64,000 nt of DNA from Octopus vulgaris (Eukaryota). A model generated the notes under the pieces. That model did not search any database. It was not told where the DNA came from and worked only from the letters and a program-made list of their open reading frames with translations. Positions 25,346 through 37,789 of the stretch are shown here, one piece after another. The stretch is from NCBI GenBank assembly GCA_951406725.2, contig OX597814.1, positions 200,756,001-200,820,000 of the forward strand, written 5' to 3'. The stretch's first letter is position 1; the number at the start of each line of letters is the position of its first letter. A program made the translations under genes and the position numbers.

Positions 25346-25996
25346 GCATTAATAAGTCTCTGAACGAGATATAAACAGTAACCACTCGACAACGTAAAGT
25401 GTACTAGCCATCTGAATGTGGCTAGCCACTGGGGGTGGGGTGTTACTGACGCTTTTAGCCCCAGGAGATCAACGTCACCAGCTGACCTTAGACACAATTT
25501 CAGTGCCCTTGTGTTATTTGCAAAGGGAGGTCATCCTCCATCGAAAACCTAAGTGATACATACGGACTATAGTTTCGAGGTAATTGCCTCTCGTCAACGC
25601 ATGGTAAACACCGGTTTTCGATGAAGGAGACCTTTGCAAATAATAATATTTAACGTTTTTCACAGCAACCACAGTCACTGATTTAGAAAAACTGTCTGAA
25701 AACATTAATAAATCTCTGAACGAGATATAAACAGTAACCGCTCGACAACGTAAAGTGTACTAGCCATCTGAATGTGGCTAGCGTCAGTAACACCCCACCC
25801 CCAGGGGCTAGCCACATTCAGATGGCTAGTACACTTTATGTTGTCGAACGGTTACTGTTTATATCTCGTTCAGAGATTTATTAATGCTTCCAGACAGCTT
25901 TTCTAAATCAGTGACGTTGATCTCCTGGGGCTAAAAGCATCAGTAACACCCCACCCCCAGTGGCTAGCCACATTCAGATGGCTAGTACACTTTACG
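25346..25996. mobile_element. Retrozyme-like/PLE-pLTR insertion: 356-bp unit in partial tandem plus two inverted segments, 13-bp TSD
   Basis: 25347-25426 repeats at 25703-25782. Segments 25781-25915 and 25912-25996 are reverse complements of parts of the unit. TTATATTTTTATA occurs at 25333-25345 and 25997-26009. Confidence 0.85.
25559..25603 (-). ncRNA. Minimal type-I hammerhead ribozyme (U3.G8)
   Basis: Minus strand: CATGCG-TTGACGA-GAGG-CAATTA-CCTC-GAA-A-CTATAG-T-C-CGTATG. 6-bp helix I (one G.U), 4-bp helix II, palindromic helix III, GUC site. Confidence 0.85.
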
Positions 25997-26129
25997 TTAT
26001 ATTTTTATAATTATGCACTTAAAAATTAATTTTACCAATATGGTGGTTTTTATACGCCAACCACTGATATAATCATTTTAATGATTATATCCTCAATTTA
26101 TACGTACACACACACACAAACACATGTAC

Positions 26130-26400
26130 CCTTAATGTAGTTCTTGGGGAGATTCCGCATGGCACAGAGTGTGACAAGGCTGGCCCTTTGAAATACAGGT
26201 ACAACAGAAACAGGAAGAAAGAGTGAGATAAAGTTGTGGTGAAAGAGTACAGCAGAGTTTGTCACCACCCCCTACCAAAGCCTTGCGGAGATTTAAGTGT
26301 TTTTGCTCAATAAACACTCACAACACCTGGTCTGGGAATTGAAACCACGATCCTACGACTATGAATCTTCTGCCCTAACAACTGGATCATTGTGCCTCCA
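26130..26400 (-). mobile_element. SINE with family C head/body and family D 3' part
   Basis: 26215-26400 matches the 13550 type. 26125-26205 matches the 10840-10920 segment. Confidence 0.65.
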
Positions 26401-26619
26401 CTCTTCTCATAGTACATCAGAATAGAAAACACCAGAAGTATAAACTTCCCTTTGAACGAATGGATTAACAAAAAGAAAACAAAAGGAAGGAAAAAAATGA
26501 AAAACACTATGATGCTTTATGTAGTTATGAACAGATATTTAGATAGACTCTTGACACTTTTAACCTTGGCCTAATGGAACATTTAGGATGTGATGGCTGG
26601 AGGTAGAGAGGGCAGTACC

Positions 26620-26905
26620 CAGTGGTGGACTGGTCATGTTGCTAGCTTGCCCGGGGGCAAATGGGCCCGTACGCCATTAGAATCCATACACAGGGGCCCA
26701 TGTTAGTATCTAAGGGGCCTATCCCCTCAAACTTGAGAATTTTTTAATTCACTCCTGGAAGAATGCATTAATTATTTCAGCCTGGCTGTGTTTGTAGACA
26801 CTTGAAAAGAATACTTTCAATAAAAAAAATAAAAAAAATAAATGCTAGCAGATGGGTCCCCTTAGTCTCCTGGCAACCAATATTTTTAGACCCAGTCTGC
26901 CACTG
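26620..26905. mobile_element. hAT-type MITE
   Basis: TIRs CAGTGGTGGACTGG / CCAGTCTGCCACTG. 8-bp TSD GCAGTACC / GCTGTACC with one mismatch. Confidence 0.8.
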
Positions 26906-28111
26906 GCTGTACCACTACTTGAGTGGAACTCATTTCAGATGAAATAGTACTCATTTCAGAGCAGCATGAAATGAAGTGCTTTCCTCATGGACACAATGTA
27001 TCATCCAGCTCCAGAATCAAACCCATGGTCTTATAACTGAGATTCAAAAGCCCCAAACCACAAAGACATGCAAATCAAATTCTTCAGTGGTACCCAACCA
27101 ACTCAATGGCTTTCAATATAACATTACTACTCTGCCTAATGCTTAACACTAGTTTTTAGTATCTCTTCATTTGGTTTATGTTTTCTGATTTAACCAAGAT
27201 TTCTATTCTACTTCAGCCATTTCTGTCGATAACAACATTAAATACTTTTGATATCTGAACTTGCTTTAATCTCATTTAAGCTACTTTGCAAATCTAAGTT
27301 ACTCTCTTCGTCTTATTTGGATGCATTCACAGCTGGTATAACTTCTTTGATATTCATGGATTATTAGCAGATAAATCAGTGTTTTTCACACATATCCCAT
27401 GCAATATACCTCTTGGGTGACGAAAAAAAATGAAAAAAAAAAGCAAGAAAATAACTCAAATAGCTACATTGCCAATGTTACTTATTTCTCTTTCAGCCTT
27501 AATGTACTAAAATATTCTAATTTCACCAGCTTTTTCCATCTCATGCAAACTGTGAAATCAATATGATAAATTATAGTATGTATTATCCTATTGAAGACAA
27601 AGGGAAAAATAATATAAGCATAAAGAAAAATATTGTCATGAAATATAATAATTTTCTTTCTGACTTCAAAGGATTATCTTTTCTTCGTTCTCCATATATA
27701 TTTTGATAATAGTTTTGTGTTCACCACCACCACCTCCACTACTGCTGCCACCGCCACCGCCACCGTCACTGCCACCACCACCATCAACACCACTACCACT
27801 GTTGTCATCGATACTACAATAGATTTTCCTTTCCATGCTATCACATGCTAGAACAGTGTGCATCACTACAATGAAATGCCATTTGTCCAATGCTTTAAAT
27901 ATCTCACTACTCTCGCATTTCACATATTTTTCTTTTTATTCAGCTATATTTTTTCTTTTTTTTTCTTTTCTTTTTTTTTTTTTTTTTTTTACAAATTCTT
28001 GAAGTAACATCCATTACATTCAACACATTGTACTTGACTTTATATACTTTACCAATTCCCTGAAAAATCTTGTGTGCACTCAATGCCCATGTCACATATA
28101 TTCTGTAGTTT

Positions 28112-28152
<41 letters not shown>

Positions 28153-28717
28153 TACATGTGTTTCATGAAATCTATCATATGAGAGACAGAGAGAGAAAAC
28201 CTTGGCTACAAACATCGTCATCGTTGTCATCGTCGTCTTCGTCGTCGTCGTCTTCGTCGTCGTCGTCGTCGTATTCGTCGTCATCATCGTCGTCTTCGTC
28301 GTCGTCATCGTCGTCATCATCTTCATCATCATCACCGTCACCGTCATCATTCAACATTAGCTTCCCATGCTGCTGATATGGATTAGATGGTTTGACCAGA
28401 GCTGGCCGGCCGGAGAGCTGCACCTGGTTCCAGTTGTCTGTTTTGGCATGGTTTCTATGGCTGGATTCCCTTCCTAATGCCAACCACTTCATAGAGTGTA
28501 CTGCATGCTTTTTTTTAAGTGGCACCAGCACAGATGCTTTCTTTATATATGGCATCAGCAGCCATGAGCTTGCCATACTTACCATTCATCTATTTTCTTA
28601 CAACTTCCAATAGCAGCTTCATTAATCCTTTACTTTATCTATAATCTCATCTTTTATTCTTTCCCTAAAACCATCTTCAGTACTAAAGAAATCATCTTGT
28701 TAATAGTAATAAACTGC

Positions 28718-28764
<47 letters not shown>

Positions 28765-28929
28765 TAATAATAATAACTGATATAAAAGCTTCAATAATCA
28801 TTTAAGTATTATGGTTTCATTTTGGTTTGAGAATATTATCTTCTTTCTGTTCTTTTACTCATTTCAGTCAACAGAACGTGGCTATGCAGGGATGCTGTCT
28901 TTAAGAATTTTAGTCTGTCTTATCAACTA

Positions 28930-29320
28930 CGTGGCTGTGTGGTAAGTAGCTTGCTTACCAACCACATGGTTCTGGGTTCAGGTTCAGTCCCACTGTGTGG
29001 CACCTTGGGCAAGTGTCTTCTACTATAGTCTCGGGCTGACCAAAGCCTTGTGAGTGGATTTGGTGGGCGGAAACTGAAAGAAGCCCGTTGTATATATGTG
29101 TGTGTGTTTATGTGTTTGTGTTTGTCCCCACCAACATCACTTGACAACTGATGGTGGTGTGTTTACATCCCCGTAACTTAGTAGTTCGGCAAAAGAGAAT
29201 GATAAAATAAGTACTAGGCTTACAAAGAATAAGTCCTGGGGTCGATTTTGCTTGACTAAAAGGTGGTGCTCCAGCATGGCCACAGTCAAATGACTGAAAC
29301 AAGAGTAAAGAGTAAAGAGT
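28930..29320 (+). mobile_element. CORE-like SINE (family A)
   Basis: Matches the 11492 copy over its length. Confidence 0.85.
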
Positions 29321-29747
29321 ATTTTAGCCTGGTACTTGCTTTATTGATATCTGCTTATTGAACAGCTAAGCTATTCTTTGACTTAAAGGGCTACAGTTTA
29401 ACTCACTGGTTTACATTAACGAACATAAACATAAATATCTGTATTATTCTTTTTGCCATCATCAAGCATTGCCATTAATTTCATTAATATGTTGCTGTTA
29501 GTGTTGCTGTGGTTATCATTATTGCTGTGTCATTGTTTAGCCATGTGTTAGTCCTCATTGAGCAGACTGCTAATCAAAGATATTCCAGCTGTGATCATCC
29601 CATCTTTCAGCATACCAGAGCATTTTTATCCTATGTGTCCATCACTTTTTAAGAAAGTATGGAGTGATCTGGAAGAACATTATTCCTATTAGGTCAAGCA
29701 ATCACATACAGACTTCCCTGCTGGTTCATTTTCACTGATACATTTAA

Positions 29748-29969
29748 CCCTTTTGTTACCATATTTCTGTTGAGAAGCTCTGTGTTTCTTTCAATTAATT
29801 TTAAATATAACAAAGAATTTGTAAAATAATTTAGTTTATCATTAATCTAGTGTTAGGAACATAAATTGTGACTAAGGTTTGGTGGAAGATTTTAATTCAG
29901 AACTTTTGAAAGCAAGACATTTGTACTACAGAGCCAGAGGTGGTTTCAGGCGGGTTGGTATCAAAAGGG
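29748..29969. mobile_element. piggyBac-type MITE
   Basis: TTAA|CCCTTTTGTTACCA ... TGGTATCAAAAGGG|TTAA. A second copy starts at 63881. Confidence 0.85.
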
Positions 29970-30144
29970 TTAAAGTTGGTGATGATGGTTGCAATTTTGT
30001 GGAGGGTGGGGTATAGTCAGCTGAATCCATCTCAGTACTCCTTCCTGTAGCATTAGACATAAAAGGTAGCCAACTGAAATGGGTTTTAAACTCAGAATGT
30101 AAAGAAAACTAACTATTACAAGTATTTACACCTCCACTATATAG

Positions 30145-30380
30145 TTTCTTATTTCTTTACTACCCACAACGGGCTACACACACAGAGGACAAACAAGGAC
30201 AGACAAACGGATTAAGTCAATTATATTGACCTCAGTGCGTAACTGGTACTTATTTAATCAACACCAAAAGGATAAAAAGCAAAATCGACCTCAGCGGAAT
30301 TTGAACTCAGAATGTAGCAGCAGATGAAATACCTCTTAGAATTTCGGCCAGTGTGCTAACGTTTCTGCCAGCTCGCTGCC
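30145..30380 (-). mobile_element. Meta-like SINE (family B)
   Basis: Same as the 21805-22037 and 63175-63380 copies. Confidence 0.8.
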
Positions 30381-30939
30381 CATATAGTTTTTGTGTCTCT
30401 AGAAGCTCTATTATAGTGCTTCCCAACAGGACTGCTGGTGGTTTGTGAGCTAAATTCAAAATTTCATGTTAGAAGTTATGTTAGAAATTCAATTAAAGGG
30501 AAATACATATTCATGCATATACGTATATGTACATAAGTGTGTATATATATATGTCATCATCATCATCATTATCATCATCGTTTAACGTCTGTTTTCCATG
30601 CTGGGATGGGTTGGACAGTTTGACTGAATTTACTTATGTACTTAAACCCATACGCAGATATGCATATATATATGCTCACACACACATACCCATAGATATA
30701 TGCATACACACATACACATGCATACATATACACACATACACATACAAACATACATATGCATACACACACACACATACATCCATACATGTGCGCACATACA
30801 TGTATACATGTCCATATATGAATCATTAACAATAAAAAAATAAGATTGGAGAGTTAAAAAGTGGAGACAAGGGAAAGTCAAACAGGGTTGCTGAAGATTA
30901 CTTAAGGATGTTCAGGATATATACTGTGTGGTGATTTAG

Positions 30940-31318
30940 GTTGCATTTAGATTTGTGGTAAAATTTGAAGGTGTGAAAAAAGGCCACATTATATTTATTT
31001 AGTAGTATTGAAGAGTTATGTTATGATATGTGGAATGCCTCTTTTAGGCATAACTTACAGGCTGAATGTTGACCCTGGTATGGAAGTCCTGAATCTATTA
31101 TGGATCATGACAAGATGTATGGAATATTTCTATTTTTGAGATGATGTATGTGACTAGCGAGTCTTTTGGATTTACTGTGCTTCTCATATCTAATAGAAGT
31201 GAGATGCATAGCGTATCACTGTTTAAAGTTTATAGTTGACCTTATATACATGGTTCTAGAATTGTGTAACGTGTTGAGGATGGTACTTTATAAATTACAT
31301 TTGACCTTCTGCAACAGG
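30940..31318 (-). pseudogene. Penelope-like element GIY-YIG endonuclease remnant
   Basis: Minus strand, with a frameshift and stops: CCRRSNVIYK...MYIRSTINFKQ*YAMH...LASHIHHLK...Y.LS*SIIDS...Y....ACKLCLKEAFHI...LLNK. Matches the PLE GIY-YIG pattern VIY..YIG.T..FK.RY..H...C.LC..E..I...LN. Confidence 0.8.
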
Positions 31319-31813
31319 TTGTGTATGCATGTGTGTGTGCATGGAATTGATGTGTGGGTGCATGTGCATATATCAATATACACTTCTTTCTTTCTCTTTC
31401 TGATTCCTCAGCCCCCACTATCACATTAGCCAATACAATAAACACCTATGTCTATTCTTAGAAACTTGACCATTATATTTTATTATTCTTCCCTTCCATT
31501 TTTGAGGTTTAATGCAGTTCCATTATAATGTACCAGGGGACCACATTAGCAGAACCATCAGTGCATTGAAAATATCACATCACACTGCAGTATTTATTCT
31601 ATATGTCTGCATTCTTGTTTCAAATAGAGCCAAGATAAACTGCATCTTTCATTTATTGGGGAATCGATAAAATAAAGTACCAGTCAACTACTGACGTCAG
31701 TGCAGTCAACTAAACCATCTCAAAATTGCTTGCATTGTGCCTAAATTTGAAATAGTTACAATGCACTTTACCAGTCATCAAACATCTGCAACAACACTTA
31801 AGCAATGCTTTTC

Positions 31814-31844
31814 CTGAAGAGACTTGATTGGAGTGAAACATGTC
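31814..31844 (+). ncRNA. Hammerhead remnant (helix I not evident)
   Basis: CTGAAGA-G-ACTT-GATTG-GAGT-GAAA-CATG-TC. Palindromic ACATGT helix III and a GUC site. Confidence 0.5.
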
Positions 31845-33110
31845 CAGAGTTGTCATCTATTGATAAAGAGCAATTTCATTCCCTTCTGCATCGCAATTTT
31901 AATTAATTTTAATTAGATTCTGAGGATTGTTATCCCTGTCATTCTTGGTTAAATTTGGTCATTGAGATAATTAATAGTTCTCGTTACTATGGGCATAAGA
32001 TTGATTAATTAAATTTCGTGACTTGCTAAACTAATTAAGAAGCATCTACTTTTCTAACTGTTTTCATGCAGCAGCTGCAGTCTTTTATTAAACACTATCT
32101 CATGACTATGTTCTGCATTGTTCTCTTATCCATCTTCAGTATGTTTTAATTTTATATGTATGTGGCATGTAAAAAACACCATTTGAGTGTGGCTGTTGCC
32201 AGTACCGCCTGACTGGCCCTCGTGCCAGTGGCACATAAAAGCACCCACTACACTCTTGAAGTGGTTGGTGTTAAGAAGGTCATCCAGCTGTAGACACTCT
32301 GCCAGATCAGATTAGAGCCTGGTGCAGCCATCTGGTTTGACAGTCCTCAGTCAAATTGTCCAACCCATGCTATCATGGAAAGTGGACGTTAAACGATGAT
32401 GATGATGATGATGATGTGTTTTTTACGTGCCACTTGCACAGGAACCAGTCCAACGGCACTGGCAACGACCTCGCTTGAATGTTTTTTCATGTGCCACTGG
32501 CACAAGTGCCAGTAAGGCGATGCTGGTAACTATCACGCTTGAATGATGCTTTTTATGTGCCACTGGCATGGAAGCCAGTTAGCTGCTCTGGTAACAATCA
32601 CACTTAGATGGTGCTCTAGTGCTCCACTAGCACGGATGCCAGTCATCTATATATACATATCCATATATGGGTACAGGACGCCTTCAACAGTAAACATGAA
32701 ATACGAAAACAAATGAGTTCAATATGCAAACAATGAGAGAAACAAATGGAAAACAGGACAAGTAACACAAAGAATGACCCTTCATCAGTTGTTGGCTGTC
32801 TATCTACTCCTCATTTCGAGCATTGAACGACAATATGAGTCTTCGAAGACAGTTGCTTCCATAAGTACCAAAATAAAATTTTGTATATCTTTTTACTCTT
32901 TTTCATGTTTCAGTCATTTGACTGTGGCTATACTGGAGCCTCACCTTTAGTCAAAGAAATTGGACTAAGGATTTATTCTTTGAAAAGCCTAGTACTTATG
33001 CTATTGGTCACTTTTGCCAGACTGTTAAGTTACAGGGACATAAACAAACCAGTACCTTACGTCAAGTAATGGTGGGGGGAATCAAACACAGACACATAAA
33101 TATATATACA

Positions 33111-33989
33111 CAGGAGTTGGACAAAATAATGGAAACATCTTAAAATTTCAAACAAATTTATTCTAATATGGGGTAGGACCACCTTTGGCAGTAATTACAA
33201 CTTGAATTCTGCAAGGAATGGACTTGTACAAAGTTTGAATTGTTTGAATTGTCCCTTCTTCAACTAAAACACTCTCCAGTTATTGTAGTGATGATGGTGG
33301 AGGATATCGACTCCTAACTTGTTTTTCTAAAATGCACCATAAATGTTCAATAATATTGAGATCTGGGGACTATGGTGGCCAGATAAAATGTTCGACTTCA
33401 CTTGAATGTTCTTCATGCCATTCAGTAACAACTTTAGCTGCGTGAATTGGTGCATTATCATCCTGAAAATTTGAGTTTCCCTCCAGAAACAGTTCCGCAA
33501 CCTTAGGATGAACTTGCTTAGATAAAATGCTGAAATAGTCTTGACTATTAATTCTGCCATGAAAGGAAACCATTTGGCTGGGAGATTTCCAAGATATAGC
33601 CCCAGCAGATCATTACAGATCCTCCTCCATGTTTAACAGTTGGAAGAAGGCAGTCAGGGTCAAATACTTATTTTGGCTGTCTCCACACGTATACTTGGCC
33701 AGTAGTCAGAAATAAGGATGATGACTCGTCCGAGAAAATAGCATTCTTCCACTGCTCTACAGACGAATTCTGTAGGTTTTACTCGACTCTAAATGCTTTG
33801 CAACTTTTGCAGCCCTCCAGTGAAATCTGGCTTTGTGCAGCTCCCAGCGAACAGTTTTTGTGGAAACTAGGTTCTCGAGGTGGTCATTAAGCTCTGCAGT
33901 AATTTTGGGAGCTGTACTTTTGTGATCCTTTCTAACAATTTGCATAAGTGTCCGATGGTCTCTGCCTGAAAGTTTTCATTTTCTTCCAG

Positions 33990-33990
<1 letters not shown>
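33111..33990 (-). mobile_element. Tc1-like transposon fragment (one TIR, decayed transposase, D36E spacing)
   Basis: TIR-like CAGGAGTTGGACAAAATAATGGAAAC at 33111. Translation includes FSDES, FQDDNAPIH...WPP*SPDLNIIEHLW and the HTH-region ITAELNDHLENLVSTKTVRWELH. Confidence 0.85.
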
Positions 33991-34028
<38 letters not shown>

Positions 34029-34906
34029 GTGTGTGTGTGTGTGTGTATATATATATACGGAGTGGTTGGCGTTAAGAAGGTCATCCAGCTGTAGACACTC
34101 TGCCAGATCAGATTAGAGCCTGGTGCAGCCATCTGGTTTGACAGTCCTCAGTCAAATTGTCCAACCCATGCTAGTATGGAAAGTGGGCGTTAAACGATGA
34201 TGATGATGATGATGATGATGATGTATATATATATATCAGGCATGTGCCATCAGTAAATACTCAGTGTAGCTAGTTGGCAATCTTTATATAGTAAAACACA
34301 TGAAAAATAAGCAAAACACAGGCACGCGACTGAGTTAAAGGCAAATCTATTTTTGCCTTTATACCATGTAAAGAAAATGGTGTTGTAGAAATGTACGCAG
34401 CATGTGTACTACAGCTGTACTTTATGTAGCTTAGATACTGAGATTGAAAGGCAGGGGAGAATTATGCTTACCTAATCTACAAAGAAATAAAGCATTTTGT
34501 ATTTTATGCATGGTAATCAGACGAACCTTCATTTTATTGAATTAGGTACATATTTTATCATGAGAGGAAAATGTTGCTCTCAATCTATTTTATTCAAATT
34601 AGGCACTGCCTACCTTGCCTACCTAGGTGGCATGTCGTTGATTTATATATATATATATATATACACAATGGGCTTCTTTCAGTTTCCATCTACCAAATCC
34701 ACTCACAAGGCTTTGGTTGGCCCATGGCTTAAGACACTTGCCCAAAGTGCCATGCAGTGGGGCTGAACCTAGAATCATGTAGTTGGGAAGCAAGCTTTTT
34801 ACCACATGGCCACACCTGTGCCTATGAATATATATTTCCATATATCACGTTTTTTCTGGTCTCTGTTCTTTCCTTTTCCCTCTCTTTATGTTTTCTTTCC
34901 TCATTC

Positions 34907-34942
34907 CTTTATGCAGAAGAGCATAGGCTCAAAACATCAAAG
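34907..34942 (+). ncRNA. Decayed hammerhead motif (relative of the 35556 family)
   Basis: CTTT-ATGCAGA-A-GAGC-ATAG-GCTC-AAAA-CA-TC-AAAG. Helices I and II are intact but the core is mutated. Confidence 0.5.
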
Positions 34943-35042
34943 ACTCTTCCATTTTTCCTGAGCATCAAACTGATACACCTTGTTTATTGTTCTCTCACTT
35001 GTTCACTTGTACAATTTTGAACTATGTACATACATACATACA

Positions 35043-35115
<73 letters not shown>

Positions 35116-35344
35116 GGGGTTTACAATATAAAGGAAAGATCCAAGGAAATAATTACAAGGTAGCAAAATGTTGCTTAAAATCCGGGATAGTAAGTCGTAT
35201 TTAGTAGAAAATAGGAAAATTGAATAAGGAAACGAACTCTTGAGATGTTGTTAAATCATTTCTGTCTTGATATAAATGGTTTAGCAACATCCCAAGAGTT
35301 CATTTCATTATTCAATTTTCCTATATATACATGCATATATATGC

Positions 35345-35387
<43 letters not shown>

Positions 35388-35555
35388 CATATATATATAT
35401 ATATATATGTATGTATATATGTGTATATATATATATACATACACACACACACACATAGTAAATCTTAAAAAAGAAAACAAACACAAAAAAACAACACCAC
35501 GAGGACATGTTACATGTAAAGTATTAGCAGATGCTCAGGGAAGGAAAGAAAGGTA

Positions 35556-35590
35556 GTTTTACGTTTCGAGCAAAGCTCTTCTTCAGAAAC
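35556..35590 (-). ncRNA. Minimal type-I hammerhead ribozyme (35 nt, extra A) in element 35460-35650
   Basis: Minus strand: GTTT-CTGAAGA-A-GAGC-TTT-GCTC-GAA-A-CG-T-A-AAAC. Helix III is reduced to the palindrome ACGT, with a GUA site. Confidence 0.8.
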
Positions 35591-35734
35591 AGAGGAAAAT
35601 CCAATAAAAAGGAAGACGAAGGAAGAAAATCGCCAATGATTCACGTATGGTTACATATGCATTTGTTAAATAAAATGAGACAACAAAGCCAAGGCAATGT
35701 GAAATTTCTAGGACATTTATAAAGAGAAAGTTAT

Positions 35735-35780
35735 TCTTACAGCTGTTTCAGGGATATAAAGGATATACCATCATCAGAGA
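35735..35780 (-). ncRNA. Minimal type-I hammerhead motif (imperfect helix II)
   Basis: Minus strand: TCT-CTGATGA-TGGTATATCCTTTATATCCCT-GAA-A-CAGCTG-T-A-AGA. Palindromic helix III ACAGCTGT. Confidence 0.65.
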
Positions 35781-36122
35781 CAATATGAGAGAGTTAAATA
35801 GGAAATAGTGGAGTTCAATATAAGAAGTTTCCTTGTGCATGCCCTCTTGTTGTCTGTTATTGTTAATTTTATTATTCATTTATTTGAATTAATTGTTCAG
35901 TTGAACTCACTACACCCTCCACACACACATAAGTCTGTGTATATATATAATTTTGACAATAGAAAATTAATTGCAGCTGCGACAGAATCCCTTTCTGTGT
36001 AACCTTCTTTCCTTTTGCAGGTTGTAATGGTAACAACACCATAAGTGATTAATGAAATATATATATATATATACACACACATATATATACATTTATGTGT
36101 GTATATATACACACACATATAT

Positions 36123-36161
<39 letters not shown>

Positions 36162-36164
<3 letters not shown>

Positions 36165-37789
36165 TTGCAGTCAAAATGTTCAGAACGGCATTGTTTTTGT
36201 CAGAAAAGTAGGTATAAGTTTTTATCAAAGTTGTTTTATATTCTATAATTTTCACAGACAATAAATACAATATTAATTGGTATTGTCTGAGATTTTGGTG
36301 TAATTTGAGAGGATAATACAAAAGTTATGGATGATATAGTGATTTACTGCAAAACCTATGGTGGACAAAATGATCAGAACGGTTGAAAAAATAACAAAAT
36401 AATCAAAAAGTGACAGAGAATGCTGGAATTATTTCATATTTAGTGTGAAGCCCTTTAGCTTCAATCAAAGTTTGACATTTTCGACTGCATGGGGAAATTA
36501 AATTTTCAATTTCTTGCTGGGGGATCTTATTCCATTCTTCCTGAAGGGTATTCCATAATTACTCGGTTGTTTTAGGATTTCTGGCTTTCAAACGTTCTCC
36601 TAGAATATTCCACACATTTTCAATAGGATTGAGGTCTGGGTTTTGAGCAGGCCAATCCATAACAATAACCTTTTCAGCCTTGAGGAAGTTCATGACCACC
36701 TTAGCCTTGTAACATGGGGCATTGTCCTGCATGAATATGGGTGGTCGCTTAGTTGAATTTCTCAGCACAGGCTAGACATGATCTTTTACAAGTTGTTTAT
36801 AAACTCCTGCATTTACCTTTCCATATAATCGCAGCAAAGGGCCCACAACATCTCCAGATATCATCTCCCAAACCATGACACTTCCTCCACTGAATTTAAC
36901 ATTAATCTTAAGGCATTTAGGTGACAATTTTTCACCTGCTTTTCGACGAACGTACCTTTTCCCATCTGAGCCAAATAACATAGACTTAGATTCATCACTG
37001 AAATGCACCGTTTGCCATTTTTCTTGAGACCACAACACATGTTCGGTTGCAAAGGGAAGACAACACTTTTTATTCTTGGAGCTGATCAGTGGCTTCACTT
37101 CAGGTGCTCTTGCTTGTAGGTCATGTTCAACTAAAGGACGAGACACAGTTTTTCGAGATAAAGTTTTCTACAGTACAATGCTCATTTCCCGAAAAAAAGC
37201 AGCAGCAGTTTTAAATCTGTCCTTTTTAACCAACTTTACCATAGCACGACCTTCTCTCTTGGTCGTTTTCCTTGGCCTACCTGTAAACTTTCTTGCTTCA
37301 CATGAACCACAATCATTGTAGACCTTAAGAATACCGTGAACAACACTTTTTGACTTGTTAACAATCTTTGCAATAGACCTAATACTTAAATTATCCTTCT
37401 TTCAAAGCTTAATAATCTGCTGACGAATTGGTAACGGAGTAAGTGGCATTATATTAACAAAGTACACTGCAGATATTCTTACTAATGTTTAGTAAACGAA
37501 CTGTCACGTAAACAAATTCAAAACATTAGAGTTCGACAGTTAAATATACTAAAACATGGAGTAAAAGCAACCGTTCTGATCATTTTGGCCGGCATGGGTT
37601 TTGCAGTAAATCACTAAATCATCCATAACTTTTGTATTATCCTCTCAAATTACACCAAAATCTCAGACAATAACAAATAATATTGTATTTATTGTCTGTG
37701 AAAATTATAGAATATAAAACAACTTTAATAAAAACTTATACCTACTTTTTCTGACGAAAACAATGCCGTTCTGAACCTTTTGGCCACAA

